A stretch of DNA of 53,850 nucleotides, the filler included, from Sphacelaria rigidula (taxonomy: Eukaryota), in NCBI GenBank assembly GCA_964200075.2. It is 4 parts of 4 records of this genome, joined end to end, with 100 filler letters (N's around TTAATTAATTAA, not from the genome) between each part and the next. Parts side by side here need not be neighbours in the genome. Positions count along the whole stretch, not along the records: positions 26,977 to 40,363 come from CAXNAA020002918.1; positions 40,464 to 53,850 come from CAXNAA020002919.1; 2 more parts are not named here. The stretch is one strand, 5' to 3'. The notes below the pieces were generated by a model. The model was not told the origin of the DNA. It saw only the letters and a list, made by a program, of their open reading frames with translations, and did not search any database. Both the position numbers and the translations under genes were made by a program. Positions 35,801-53,850 of the stretch are shown here, piece after piece; position 1 is the first letter of the stretch, and each line of letters opens with the position of its first letter.

Positions 35801-38800
35801 ACACAAAAACACAAAACACGTGACAGCAGTGTCCAAGAATCCAAGGCGTTACCTTCCCTCTACACGGCGTGCTCGGCGTCCATTGCTATCGGGAGCTAAC
35901 ACGGAAATAGTGGCCAAATGAGCTAGCTCGTGATCCGGATCAGTACTCTAGTAAGAAGTAATATCCAGGTAGTTCATGAGCTGTCCGTCAGCACACCGTG
36001 AACCTGGACTATATATTTCATTGTCACTGTACTAATTGTAAACGTACTGCGTACAGTATGCGATCTATTGTCTGTTGCAATAGGCGCAATAGTCGCTACT
36101 GTACGCAGTACACTTTTTGATTGTGTATTTTAAATGCCCAGGGTATGAAATACTACTTCTTACTAGTATACCGATCGGGATCATGAGCTAGCTCGTCTAG
36201 CACGTTTTTTTTTCTTCTTTCATATTTTCCCACCTACAGCGCTGGACGCCGAGCACGCGGAGCAGCGCAAAGGTAGCCCTATGGCTTCTCGGACCCGCTG
36301 TCACATGTCTCGTGTTCTCGGATCTGGGAGTTCTCTTTGGTTAGGTATTTCAGGTGGCGCATGAGCTGTCCGATGTACGAGTACGCAGGGATTGGCATGA
36401 GCCTGGGTGGTAGGCAATGGAACAGAGCTTGCACAGGATACATGGCACAGAGTTTTACCCGGGTTTGCACGGTGATTCTGTTATGTTGAGCCCGTCCTGC
36501 CGTAGGATCCCGTCACCTGGGTTTACCAAAGATTCATCTGCAGCACACCTCGGACAGTTTGTGGTGAGTAGTTGCAATGGATAAATTGTACTGCGTGAAG
36601 TGTAAGCCTGTTGCAATAACTCGTATCGACCACTTATACCCCTGAACAGTGGGTGCAACAGGCCTATACTTCACGCAGTAAAGTTTTTCTATTGTAACTA
36701 CTCGTTTTGACCGCGTATTTCCAGGGTGTGTTGTCTATGAAAGTGTGGGGTTTTGGGAACAAACATCCCTCTCATCTCAATGTCGGACCAGTTTCACGTG
36801 ACGTCCTAATCGTCGGTTTGTATGTGTTCACAGGTCATCACGCACATGCTATCGTGTAGCTTCCACGAGAGTTCCGAATTCTCCGGTCTTATCCAAGGTA
36901 CAGACGGTTGTCTCTGTTGCCTGTGGAAAATCAGCAGGTGGAACTGGTGAAAACATGTCCGTAGTGACGATTTTTTCCATAAATCTGCGATATTTCGGGT
37001 TCTGAGACGAAAGGGATTTTTCATGTTCTCATCATTTTTTATAATGGTCGACGAGGAAAATGAACCGCTGAACCCTTGAGCGATAAAAAGGAAGATGAGT
37101 GCCGCAGAAGGAAGATAGAGTACTGAAGACAACACAAAGTATAACAACTCGTGTTTTGACCTTTCTCCTCTGTGACCCCGGCTGATGCGTCCACATATAC
37201 CCGAAGGTGTTTTCTGGTGTCCAGAATAGATGAGATGACAACACACAATGCACACTATTATTACCATTCTTCTTCGTGTTTTATTCTTCAAACATGTATA
37301 TATTTTCTGTATTTTAGCCCGATCTCTCGGAGCCGTTTTTCAGTGAAGTGGAATTTCAGTCATTTTCCAGACATGAAAAAATCGTCACTGTCGACGTGCA
37401 TGTTTTCGTGGCTGTTCGCATCATGGCTGGTCGGTGGATGTTATCTTGAAACCATGGATTGTGGTCGTGTCACGGAATATTACTGAGATTATTCACACTT
37501 GTAACGGGGGGTGTGATGTGGGCCGTGAATTCTTGACGTTCCTGGACTTCCGTCATTCCCGTCCCCTAGACAACATCCACGAGGATCATTTTTCGTGACC
37601 AAGAGCCTGTTGGCTCCGGGAGAGGGGGAGGGGGGCGTGCTCATATGTTGCTCGCCTTGGACACTTGACCGCTGATAGCGCACTCTTCAAGTTCCTGGGG
37701 TTCCGTCATTCCGGTCTCCTGGACAACATCCACAAGAATCATGTCCCACGGCCCACAGTTTGCTAGCTGGGGAGGGGGGGGGGGTGATGTGGAGATCATG
37801 TTCTTGAAGTTCTAGGAGTTCCATGGTCCCTATCCCCTCAAAAACGCCCGCGAAGATCATTGTTCCCATGACCTACAGTTTGCTATTAATAGCTGTCTGG
37901 TCCTCCACGAAAGACTCCCCCTCTCTCTAGGACTATCAACCTGTGTATGATCCACACTAGTGTATCGACACCGGCTGGTAAAACCGACGCTCGCTGGTCT
38001 TTCGTGGGAGCACAGTGTTCTAAGTTCCGTGATTCGTTCGTGTCTGGCAATTCGCCCTCGTTTCGCGTCGTAGGTGATCGGCCCTCTGTACTTTGCTCAC
38101 GGACCGGCCGTGCTTGAAGCGGTGTTCACGTCTTTGCTAGAGTGGCCTGCTCCTTGTCCCGGCGCGTTGTGCCCGCTGCCGTTTCTCAGCGAAACGATAA
38201 TGTTTCAGGTTCCCGACATAGACATGCCTCCGCAGGTGGCATCCACGTACAGGCGAGTATCATGAGATATGATTTTGCTCCTTACATCAACACAGGATGC
38301 ACGAGGAAATATGAGTTGTCGTTCTGGAACAATTTTTGGCGTATGCTTTTCTTGCTCGAGAGTTTTCTTTTACTTAGATGAGTGTATTCGTCTTTTATTT
38401 TGGTTCTGTCCTTCGGTCGTCCGGTCGTGAAATTATTTGTTCACTTTCGTTCGCTTATTCGTTTGTTTACTTTTCAATCAGTTCATCAAGTAATTAGGTA
38501 ATATGTTGTTGTGGTGCTAGAGCCCAGCGCTATAATAGTCGCGAACGTCGCAAGCTTTGGTGTGGAACTCGCCGTCGCATGCTCTAGATGTGTCAATGGA
38601 TGGGCCAAATCGCCATCTTTCAAATATCATAGCGGACCCCGCGCTTCCGACAACTTCGAACCAACGAACCGATGCGCTTACTGTTTGAAACTGATCACTC
38701 TATTTCTCAGGTACCACCGCGGTACTCACCTTTGCTCGTTGTGGCCGAGAGAACGCGTGAGCAGGCTAACTCGTACCATGAGTGGTTGCGGGAGTTGGGA

Positions 38801-39855
38801 TCTGTCCCAAGCGGAAAGGTGAGCTCGGCGTATCATACGTTAGTGTAAAAAAAGAAAAAACAGCTGTTGCGTTTCCACTCTGTTTGATGAGTGCACAAGA
38901 ATGCCGTGTGTATCTTATAGTATCAACCGCCTGCTTGCGGCGAGCTTGAAGAAACGCGGAAGGACTGCCCGCATTGCGTGCATCGCCTACCCTTTCCAAC
39001 CATCGTCTCGGCGATTTTTTTTTCCATACCCGCCTGCCTGTGCCCCCACACACACCGCATACTGGCACTACTAGTCCCGCACGACGGCGAATAAGCACCA
39101 GTAGTTCGCGAATCAACGAAGCCGACGAGCGCACCCACGGCGGCAACGATGACAGTACCGTTGGTAGGAGCGGCGGCGGCACCAGGACCCGTTTCAGCGT
39201 AGGCAGTGTCACGAGCGTGCACACAGCAGACGCGATGAACAGTCTTGAGGAGCTAGAGGCGAGCACCGCTAGATTAGCGGCGTCACTCACTATCCACGCC
39301 GGCGGCAACAGTTTTGCGGGTCAGACTGCGTCCGAACAGAACGCAAAAAGAGGCGTAGCAGCGGCGGCAGGCGGCAGCGGCAGTACCACCGCGGCGAGCA
39401 GCAACAGCACCCCTCTCGGCCTCCGCGTCCATATGGGATCGTCTCCCTTCACCACCCCAGACCCCGCCGCGGCCGAAAGCGGCATCGACCTCACGCGGTT
39501 ACGCGTAGACAGCACCCCCAACATGGACAGGACACAATCTTCAACCACGGGCTCCGCTACCCATACCCTCAAGAAGGCTGTGCCCCCGCTGACGCTCGAC
39601 TATTTCGGCCGCGACGTGAGTCCTAGACAAAGGACATGTTCCATAGCCGATGCGGCAATTTCCCCGAGGTCGGCGGGGTTCGGCACTGGAGCTGGTCCAG
39701 TGTTGTGGTCGGGTGCGGCGAGATCTCCGGGGGTGCTCTTGTCCCCTGGCCTGCAGGAGGGAGCGGGGGGAATCGACGGGGTGGCGGCGTCGAGGAGGCG
39801 TTCGTCCTTGGGATCTGGATCTTTAGCGTCTGTCGTGACGAACAGTGATTCTGAG
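32782..39855 (+). CDS. DENND6: DENND6/FAM116-like DENN-domain Rab GEF, partial
   Basis: Exons 32782-32888, 33469-33565, 34485-34568, 38074-38252, 38711-38818, 39075-39855. Motifs YP..L....I..LAMPD.N....GD..YCFR, Y.Y.FFRQ.K...RG.FQKS.VL.S..PY..LF and IGP.YF..G...LEA......WPAP.PG....LP match DENND6. The first coding exon and the 3' end were not found. Confidence 0.88.
33128..33370. repeat. ~124-bp tandem duplication
   Basis: GATTTCATAACYTGCACAACCTTCGACGGGATTCAAGTGACG at 33156 and 33280. Confidence 0.85.
33469..33565 (+). CDS. DENND6: DENND6-like exon (TRKSH...FEYCYAFFRQEKNK)
   Basis: Phase-2 CAG acceptor, AAG|GTGCGC donor. Confidence 0.9.
33971..34316 (+). mobile_element. tRNA-derived SINE family A, full-length
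   Basis: Head GGTCGCCCCGGTGGCTCAGTTGG (A box)...GGGTTCAATTC (B box), shared body, (CA)n tail; 7 copies in the window. Confidence 0.85.
34485..34568 (+). CDS. DENND6: DENND6-like exon (ECARGMFQKSVVLVSRYPYVNLFERLVK)
   Basis: CAG acceptor, AAG|GTGCGA donor; RGxFQKS signature. Confidence 0.92.
34762..34896. mobile_element. Short MITE of the CAYACCCTGGACA family
   Basis: TIR CACACTCTGGACAA / TTGTCCAGGGTGTG; related copies at 35448-35584, ~36001-36147 and 36545-36730. Confidence 0.65.
37043..37250 (+). mobile_element. SINE family A, 5'-truncated
   Basis: GGTCGACGAGG...CCAGAATAGATGAGATGACAACACAC. Confidence 0.75.
37530..37885. repeat. Degenerate ~150-bp tandem repeat with G-runs
   Basis: GTTCCTGG..TTCCGTCATTCC..GACAACATCCAC at 37538 and 37691; a third copy is partial. 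Confidence 0.7.
38074..38252 (+). CDS. DENND6: DENND6-like exon (VIGPLYFAHGPAVLEA...WPAPCPG...ASTY)
   Basis: TAG acceptor; probable GC donor AG|GCGAGT (alternative GT at 38236). Confidence 0.85.
38711..38818 (+). CDS. DENND6-like exon (probably YHRGTHL...GSWDLSQAE)
   Basis: TTTCTCAG acceptor, AAG|GTGAGC donor; 108 nt; frame inferred from the neighbouring exons. Confidence 0.7.
39075..39855 (+). CDS. DENND6-like large Ser/Ala/Gly-rich exon
   Basis: Inside ORF 38974-39987; phase-2 CTAG acceptor, probable GAG|GTCAGT donor. Confidence 0.7.
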
Positions 39856-40292
39856 GTCAGTGCGACATCCCGATCGAGTCTAGTGTTGTATCCATCGATC
39901 GAGCGTACGCTACTTCGCCGCCGAAAAATGAAGTATGGAGTTTTGTTGACATTGGATAGAGTGGTGTCGGGGCTGAACCCGCGATGATTGCACACACGTC
40001 ACCGCGAGTTCCCGTGTTCTTCTGAAGGGCAATTGTCGATATTCACCATTCTCTGGTCGGATATATATCTGTATCGTACACTACTTTTGGATTTCATCAC
40101 GCAGCAGTTTTTAGGACTCGTTTCAGAGTTCAAGCCCGACACCCCTCTCTTGTGGGGTCCGGTCTGCCTTGCTGTACCGTAGGTTTACGGCGTCTACCGA
40201 CCAGCCCGAGGCGACAAGGGTTGGGGCCTGAAAACCCATTGCCGGGGAATAATATTTAGGGAGAAGGGGTAATGTATAACGTATCTCGATAA

Positions 40293-40363
40293 GCCGGTCG
40301 CCCCGATGGCTCAGTTGGTAACCTCGTAACCGTCTGATGGTTGAGTTGGGGGGTTCGATTCCC
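40293..40363 (+). mobile_element. SINE family A head, cut by contig end
   Basis: GGTCGCCCCGATGGCTCAGTTGGTAACCTC...GGTTCGATTCC. Confidence 0.75.
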
Positions 40364-40463
40364 NNNNNNNNNNNNNNNNNNNNNNNNNNNNNNNNNNNNN
40401 NNNNNNNTTAATTAATTAANNNNNNNNNNNNNNNNNNNNNNNNNNNNNNNNNNNNNNNNNNNN
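40364..40463. other. Artificial contig linker
   Basis: Same spacer. Confidence 0.98.
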
Positions 40464-40957
40464 TGGAAGCTCTCTACCGCGACACATACTGCTTGCTACA
40501 TCAGATGTACACCACCTAATGCGCACTTTGCACCAGACACGTCATTCCTGACCAGCCTCTCTGGTCGTTCTGGAGGCCCGGTCCCAAAAGTGTTTAGGTT
40601 GGGTTGGGGTTTGGATTCTGGTGTTTTGAACAAGGGGAAGACATGATAATAATAACAGTAATGATATCAAAACAACATATTACAATCAATTAATTAATGT
40701 CAATCAATGTTTGTTGGGATTGGAACTGATTTTTATTTTTTGGACAAGGGAAAAACAATATGGCATGCAGTGCGCGATATCTTTGACGCCTGCCTTTCAC
40801 CTACACAGAGGGAACACGAGGTCTGTCAGACTTTTTTCACTGAGGTGAAGTTTTGTCCTAACCAATGGCGGGTACTGATGTGACACAGCGACGGGTACAT
40901 CGGGGCGGGAGAATCACTGGAAAACGCGACATATTTCTATATAAGCGGGGATATATG

Positions 40958-41206
40958 GAAGGAATAAGCCCCTTATAGGTTCTACAAGGCGTTGGTCTCT
41001 TCTTCAGCTGTTTGGTGCGGATTACACACTGGGTTGTGTCGTGTGGGCGAGCCAGCTGGGCTGAATTTACATAGCAGAGATACCCCGCGTTCATCCAAGG
41101 AATGTCAGGCACAGTTCTGACTCCATCGGTGTAACCCCGGCCAGGACAACGGTTCTGGACGGCCATCTGACGTCACTCTGCCGGTCAATCTATGGTGGCG
41201 TTTACA
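40958..41206. mobile_element. Solo arm of the same foldback family
   Basis: Matches 42469-42709 and the inverse of 42315-42338. Confidence 0.75.
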
Positions 41207-41812
41207 TCACCCCCCTATCCTCAGCGGGGGTGTCTGACGTCCGTGTTGGAAATACGAAAAAATGATAAATGCCTAGAAACTGATCAAGTGCACCTTATCG
41301 GAATGAAGTACCTTAATTAGCGAATTAAAGACGGCTCGTAGTTGTTTGTACGTCGTTGAGTAACATAGGTCCTCTCCTCTACCGCACTCCGCGTGGTGAA
41401 AATCACGATCTTGTGCGGGAGCGATTCGTCTGCGACCACAAGTCAATACTTCACTCGATGGATCAACTACACAGATGACGATGGTATGACGGTATACCAC
41501 AAGTTCAGCCACACAACCGTATGTGGTATATGAACCTGAAAACGGTTGGACACACTTCAGAAGAAAATTATCTCTTGAACGAGATGCCAGAAAAAAAAGT
41601 CCTCCCGAAACGGGAAAATACGAAACGTGTGCACGATAGACGAACTTTCAGCACATCATGATACTCCCCATGTGTGGAACGGTGGTGCTTGCAAGGCTTG
41701 AAATCAACACACACGTGCGGGTGCCAAACGGAAAAGGCTGCTGGGGAATGCACAAACGAAATATGCAACTGCAACAAACGTACCCCACGATGGTGGGACT
41801 CAGCCCTCACGA

Positions 41813-42709
41813 TGTAAATGCCACCATAGATTGACCGGTAAAGTGACGTCAGATGGCCGTCCACAACCGTTGTCCTGGCCGGGGTTACACAGATGAAGTC
41901 AAAACCGTTGAGCAATGCTACGGTAGGAGTGCACTTTTTTCGCGAAATATTGTTTAGTTCAGGGGCTCCTAACGATTCTAGATGCAGAAGAATATGGATC
42001 GGGGCATCCCCGTCTGCAGATTCATTCGGGATATCCCCACCACATTGGAGTAGTAATCCTGGCGTATTTTCACATATTTTCGTAAGTGGCGTTTTGAATG
42101 AGATTAAGGGCTCCCAAGAATTCTAACCTCGAAAAATATTTGTGCACCCCTACCGTAGCATCACTCCGTTCCTGCAATTCCTCGGAGGGAACACTCCTCG
42201 GATGAACGCGGGGTATCTTTGCTGTGCAAAATTCAGCCCAGCTGGCTCGCCCACACGATACAACCCGATGTGTACTCCGCACCAAACAGCTGAAGAAGGG
42301 ACCAACGCCTTGTAGAACCTATAAGGGGCTTATCCCTTCTACAGTGGCGTCGACTGATCAACACGCAAGCGTGGTAATCGTCGAGTGCGGCCGGCGATTG
42401 CTCGGCCGACTCATGAAGCGAAAGTTTGAACTTGAGGCGTCCCCAGATGCCGAGGCGACTATTAGTAGTACAAGGCGTTGGTCCCTTCTTCAGCTGTTTG
42501 GTGCGGAGTACACATCGGGTTGTGTCTTGTGGGCGAGCCAGCTGGGCTGAATTTTGCATAGCAAACATACCCCGCGTTCATCCGAGGAGTGTTCCCTCCG
42601 AGGAATTGCAGGAACGGTTCTGACTCTATCTGTGTAACCGCTGTCAGGTCAACGGTTCTGGACGGCCATCTGACATCACTCTACCGGTCAACCTATAGTG
42701 GCATTTACA
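41813..42709. mobile_element. Foldback element with ~240-bp TIRs and TGTAAA...TTTACA ends
   Basis: Left arm 41813-41909 plus 42171-42314 is the inverse of 42469-42709. Confidence 0.8.
41910..42166. mobile_element. 257-bp MITE with GAG...CTC termini and 4-bp TSD (Sola2-like), nested
   Basis: TIR GAGCAATGCTACGGTAGGAGTGCAC / GTGCACCCCTACCGTAGCATCACTC; TSD CGTT (41906-41909, 42167-42170). Confidence 0.8.
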
Positions 42710-43394
42710 GATATATGGCTAAGTATGCAATACACCACATTATTATGGTCCAAATAGATTAAATATCAGGTTATTTCATCATGTGAGTCAGATGCCAGGC
42801 AATGAACGTCAAATAGGCCAGAAATCACGTGATATATAGTATATATATCACTATGTATCAAATACCCCAAATATATCACATTCATAGCGATATATGGAAA
42901 AATGTGGCCATAGTCTCTCTGTCATCAAAGTTTGAGAACTTGAATAGCAAATGCTGTGTGGTGAGAGTCTACGCGGGCGCGTGTGCTGGTGCGATCTGCG
43001 ATACCAAAATGCCAGGCATGTGTACCGGGGGGGAGCAGAGAGGGATGGGTCGATGCGTCGACACCATAGACTCTTCCTGAGGAAGAGGTGGTGTCGTTGA
43101 AAGTGTGGCGATACAGCAACGAAGACGTTTACCGGAAGTCTCGCTTTGCCACTATGCATGCAGCTGCAACATCAGGCGTTAGTTTGGCTGAGGAAAAAAT
43201 GTGCAGATATGCGGCTAACGTGTGTAGGACAATACCCTCTCCTTGTCGCTCTATGTAATACTTTCCGTGTAGCTTGATGACTGTCGTCCTCCAAAATATG
43301 ACTGCGTGCTTGTCACTTTTTTTTTACAATTCCTGAACGAGTGAGTGGCCGTCGGGGTCCGTTTTCTCCCTTCTCGTCTGCTCTATGTTGGAAG

Positions 43395-51009
<7,615 letters not shown>

Positions 51010-52790
51010 AATGGGGGCCACGAAAAACAAGGAGTCGGTGGCGCCAGTAAGCGTGTGTGCAGGCGTCACAGAGGAAATCAGCGTCACCTCTGCGTGTGGC
51101 TGGGTTTGCGGAGTATTTGGAAGAATCCAACGGATCGTTGCTGTGTGGGAGGGTTTGTCGTGAGTGTCGTGAGTCCTCTTCGTTGTTGACATGCCTCTTC
51201 CCCCCCCCCCCCTCAAAGTATTGGATGATGTGGTGTGTCCCTTGGCAGGGAGGGGAGCGGCGCATGCGAGATAGATTCGAGTATGCCCTCCCCGTTCCCA
51301 TGTGGCCGCATGAGAACGCTAAGTGCTACCTCCCCTGTGATATTTCATGGGAAGAAATGTTTTCACCTTCGTATCAAGAGCCCCGCCACTATGGACCTTA
51401 TTATGCGCCGAAATTCGTGCGTGGAACTTTATGCGAGGCACTGGCACGCAGAGGCTACTTTGAGGAAGGTGTTGCGTCCCACGTGCGTTTCCCAAAAGAC
51501 ATAACCTGCGAGAAGTCTAGGCGAAGAACGTACGCGAATATCCATGGGTTTCACGACTGATCCGGGGGACGGAGGGCGAAGGGGCAGGAAAAAAGAGGGG
51601 AGACGGGGGGGAAGGGGCGTACCCAGGTTTTGGGCGTGCCCTTTTTGTTGGAAAGTATGAAGGAGGGATGAATGAATTGGTGCGAGGGTCGAGTAAGATC
51701 CTAGCGGGAGGTGGGTTGACTGGCACAGGGCTTGGTGAAAGCTAATATTCTTTAAGGCACGCCTGCTCAACTTTTTGTCGAAATCCGGAGAGTGAGAGCT
51801 AGCTGCGCTTGGCACATGTGGTGATGATTGGGTCCACGTTTGTCTGGGTGGTGAGTGATGAATCGATCAGTGTGTTGAATGATCGACTGACATGGTATGC
51901 GATTGGTTGCAGTGCTCGCTGTTTGACGGGCAGTAGAGGAAAAGTAAAAGGTATATGTACCGCTGCTTGGCGTGCGAGTATGAGGCCGGATGATATGATG
52001 CGAGTCATCCGTTCGATGTTAAGCCACGTACTCTGTCGTACTTGGAGCAGTCATGACTAGTCCGGAAGGTCGACACAACGACGGGCACACTGCAATGGGA
52101 TCAATACGTGTTCCTTGAAAAACACGTGAATCGACGGATTGAAGGGGGCAATATTACAAGTACGCCCTTCATGATCGAGGCATGTTCTCAATGTCGTGTC
52201 CATGAGTCTTGATTGCCACTCCTTGCATGCTTTTCGAGAAGCTTGTCATTTTTGCGTCTACGTGCATGCTCCTGTAACTACCTCATGTAGCAGTGACGAA
52301 GACGGTCATTCCTGCCCCCGGTAGCCCACCCTGAAAAGTGATGAAGAAAAAAATATATGAACGAGGGGTCAAGTATGGGAGCAACTACACATGACGAGGT
52401 GGCATTGCCTCCGGCGAGCGAGCTTAGAGCTGCAACAGTTATCCCGCCCGCCCGTCAACTGTCTGTTCGCTTCAAAGAATTTACTGCTTTTGTACTCCCC
52501 ACATATGAAAATCATGGCGTTGTTTGTGCACGTACGAGTAGATTTTGGCGTTGTAGATTTGCGGTGGGCTCTGCTGCTCCTACTGTTGATGTTTGATGAC
52601 CCCACTTGAACTCCGCGGCCATGCCGTATCTCACTGCACTCACAGTTTTGGCGCAAGCACAACATCGATCGCAAAAAACGGGCCGAATTGGAACGATGTT
52701 TTAGCGAGATCAAGAGCGACCAAATTATTCGAACAAAGGCCACATGCACCTTTCAATTGTTACACGACACTTGGGCTTGTAGCATATTAA

Positions 52791-52888
52791 CCCTTAGACC
52801 GCGAGATTAGTCTTTCTAGATCATGCATACTTTTTTTCACTTGTAATTGATGCCGATTCAACAGAGGACTAACTTCGCGGTCTAAGGG
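52791..52888. mobile_element. 98-bp piggyBac-like MITE
   Basis: TTAA|CCCTTAGACCGCGA...TCGCGGTCTAAGGG|TTAG. Confidence 0.7.
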
Positions 52889-53850
52889 TTAGGAGCCTAG
52901 TTGACCCTTAGATCAGTAGACCTGAAGAAATGTTCGTACACAATTGCTGACGGGTTACAACCCGATGAAGTTCTGAAAAAAAATGGTTTGGGGCAGTTGA
53001 GCAATGGACCCAACTCGTCCAAGACGTGTTTTTTTCGAAATCGGGTTAGGGTTAGACATTCTAAAACGTAGCTCAACGCCGGTGAACTCTACGGAAAAAA
53101 GTCGCCGTAATATTCAACAAGCTACATGACAAGGAAATGCGCACAGTCGGCGGTCGAAGTCCATCGGCTGAAATTATCAGCGTTGGTTACAGGGATAGCA
53201 ACCCTGGAGTGCGAGTGCCATGCGGCGGACCTGCCGAACTTAGCTTTTGTTAAGATACCGATTGACAGGTCACAGCGAATGGAGTTCGTTGTCGCATGAG
53301 ACTGTTGACATCTTCGCAGTCTGTCACGTTGGTTCCGATCGTCAAGTTCCGGCTCGAATCCTTCCTTGGTCTGAGATTCGAAATAATATTGACGACCATC
53401 ACACATCTGCACCAGCCACTTGGTAACGACATGCAGTTTGTGTGTACAACCATGTTTGATATATAGCCCAACCACGGCTCGGAAAATAATCGAAACCAAT
53501 GAAAATCCATTAACAGTGGATTCTCAAAAATGGGGTTGAATTAAAAAAATGAGGTTCAACTCAAAAGCCGTGCTTTCCCAGACCTAAAATCATGACGAAT
53601 GTCTTCCATAATGACGACCCCATCCCTCCCGACCTCCCTAAGACTGTTTTGGGGGATTTCTAGTCTTCCGTTTCCCCAAAGGATACGTACGAAAACACGA
53701 TCTTCGGGCCAAAAAACGTCCTCTTTTTGTAGATGAGCTTTCGATTTTGAACTGGGGAAGATGTACCACAGTACCCCTATGTACGTTTAACAGTGTTTTC
53801 GTGAGATTGAGAGTGGATGATACGATTGAGAGTGGCTTTGATCATTCGCT

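Noticed and set aside
42070..42623. Similar ORFs on both strands (MQNSAQLARP...)
   Set aside because: By-product of the foldback inverted repeats; no transposase motifs.

Overview
Eukaryotic, intron-rich, transposon-littered genomic DNA. Intron style, poly-C runs and the flagellar dynein-2 gene suggest a stramenopile, probably a brown alga (inference). The window is not one locus. It is four contigs of near-identical length (1-13388, 13489-26876, 26977-40363, 40464-53850) joined by artificial 100-nt N44-TTAATTAATTAA-N44 linkers, so no synteny can be inferred across them. Each contig carries part of one + strand multi-exon gene, which I reconstructed with phase-consistent splice sites: (1) the C-terminal part of a SAC3/GANP (MCM3AP-like) TREX-2 scaffold; (2) nine tail-region exons of cytoplasmic dynein-2 heavy chain (DYNC2H1); (3) a DENND6/FAM116-like Rab GEF with a probable GC-AG intron and a ~300-aa low-complexity insertion; (4) the C-terminal half of the DEAD-box helicase DDX6/Dhh1. 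Introns hold two tRNA-derived SINE families, a ~70-bp C-tailed repeat, and several non-autonomous DNA transposons (Sola2-like nested in a long-TIR foldback element; Harbinger-, piggyBac- and hAT/P-like). I see no CRISPR array, rRNA, authentic tRNA gene or convincing new multi-gene system. The best leads are splice-site oddities and the repeat families. Protein family calls come from recalled family motifs, not from database searches.
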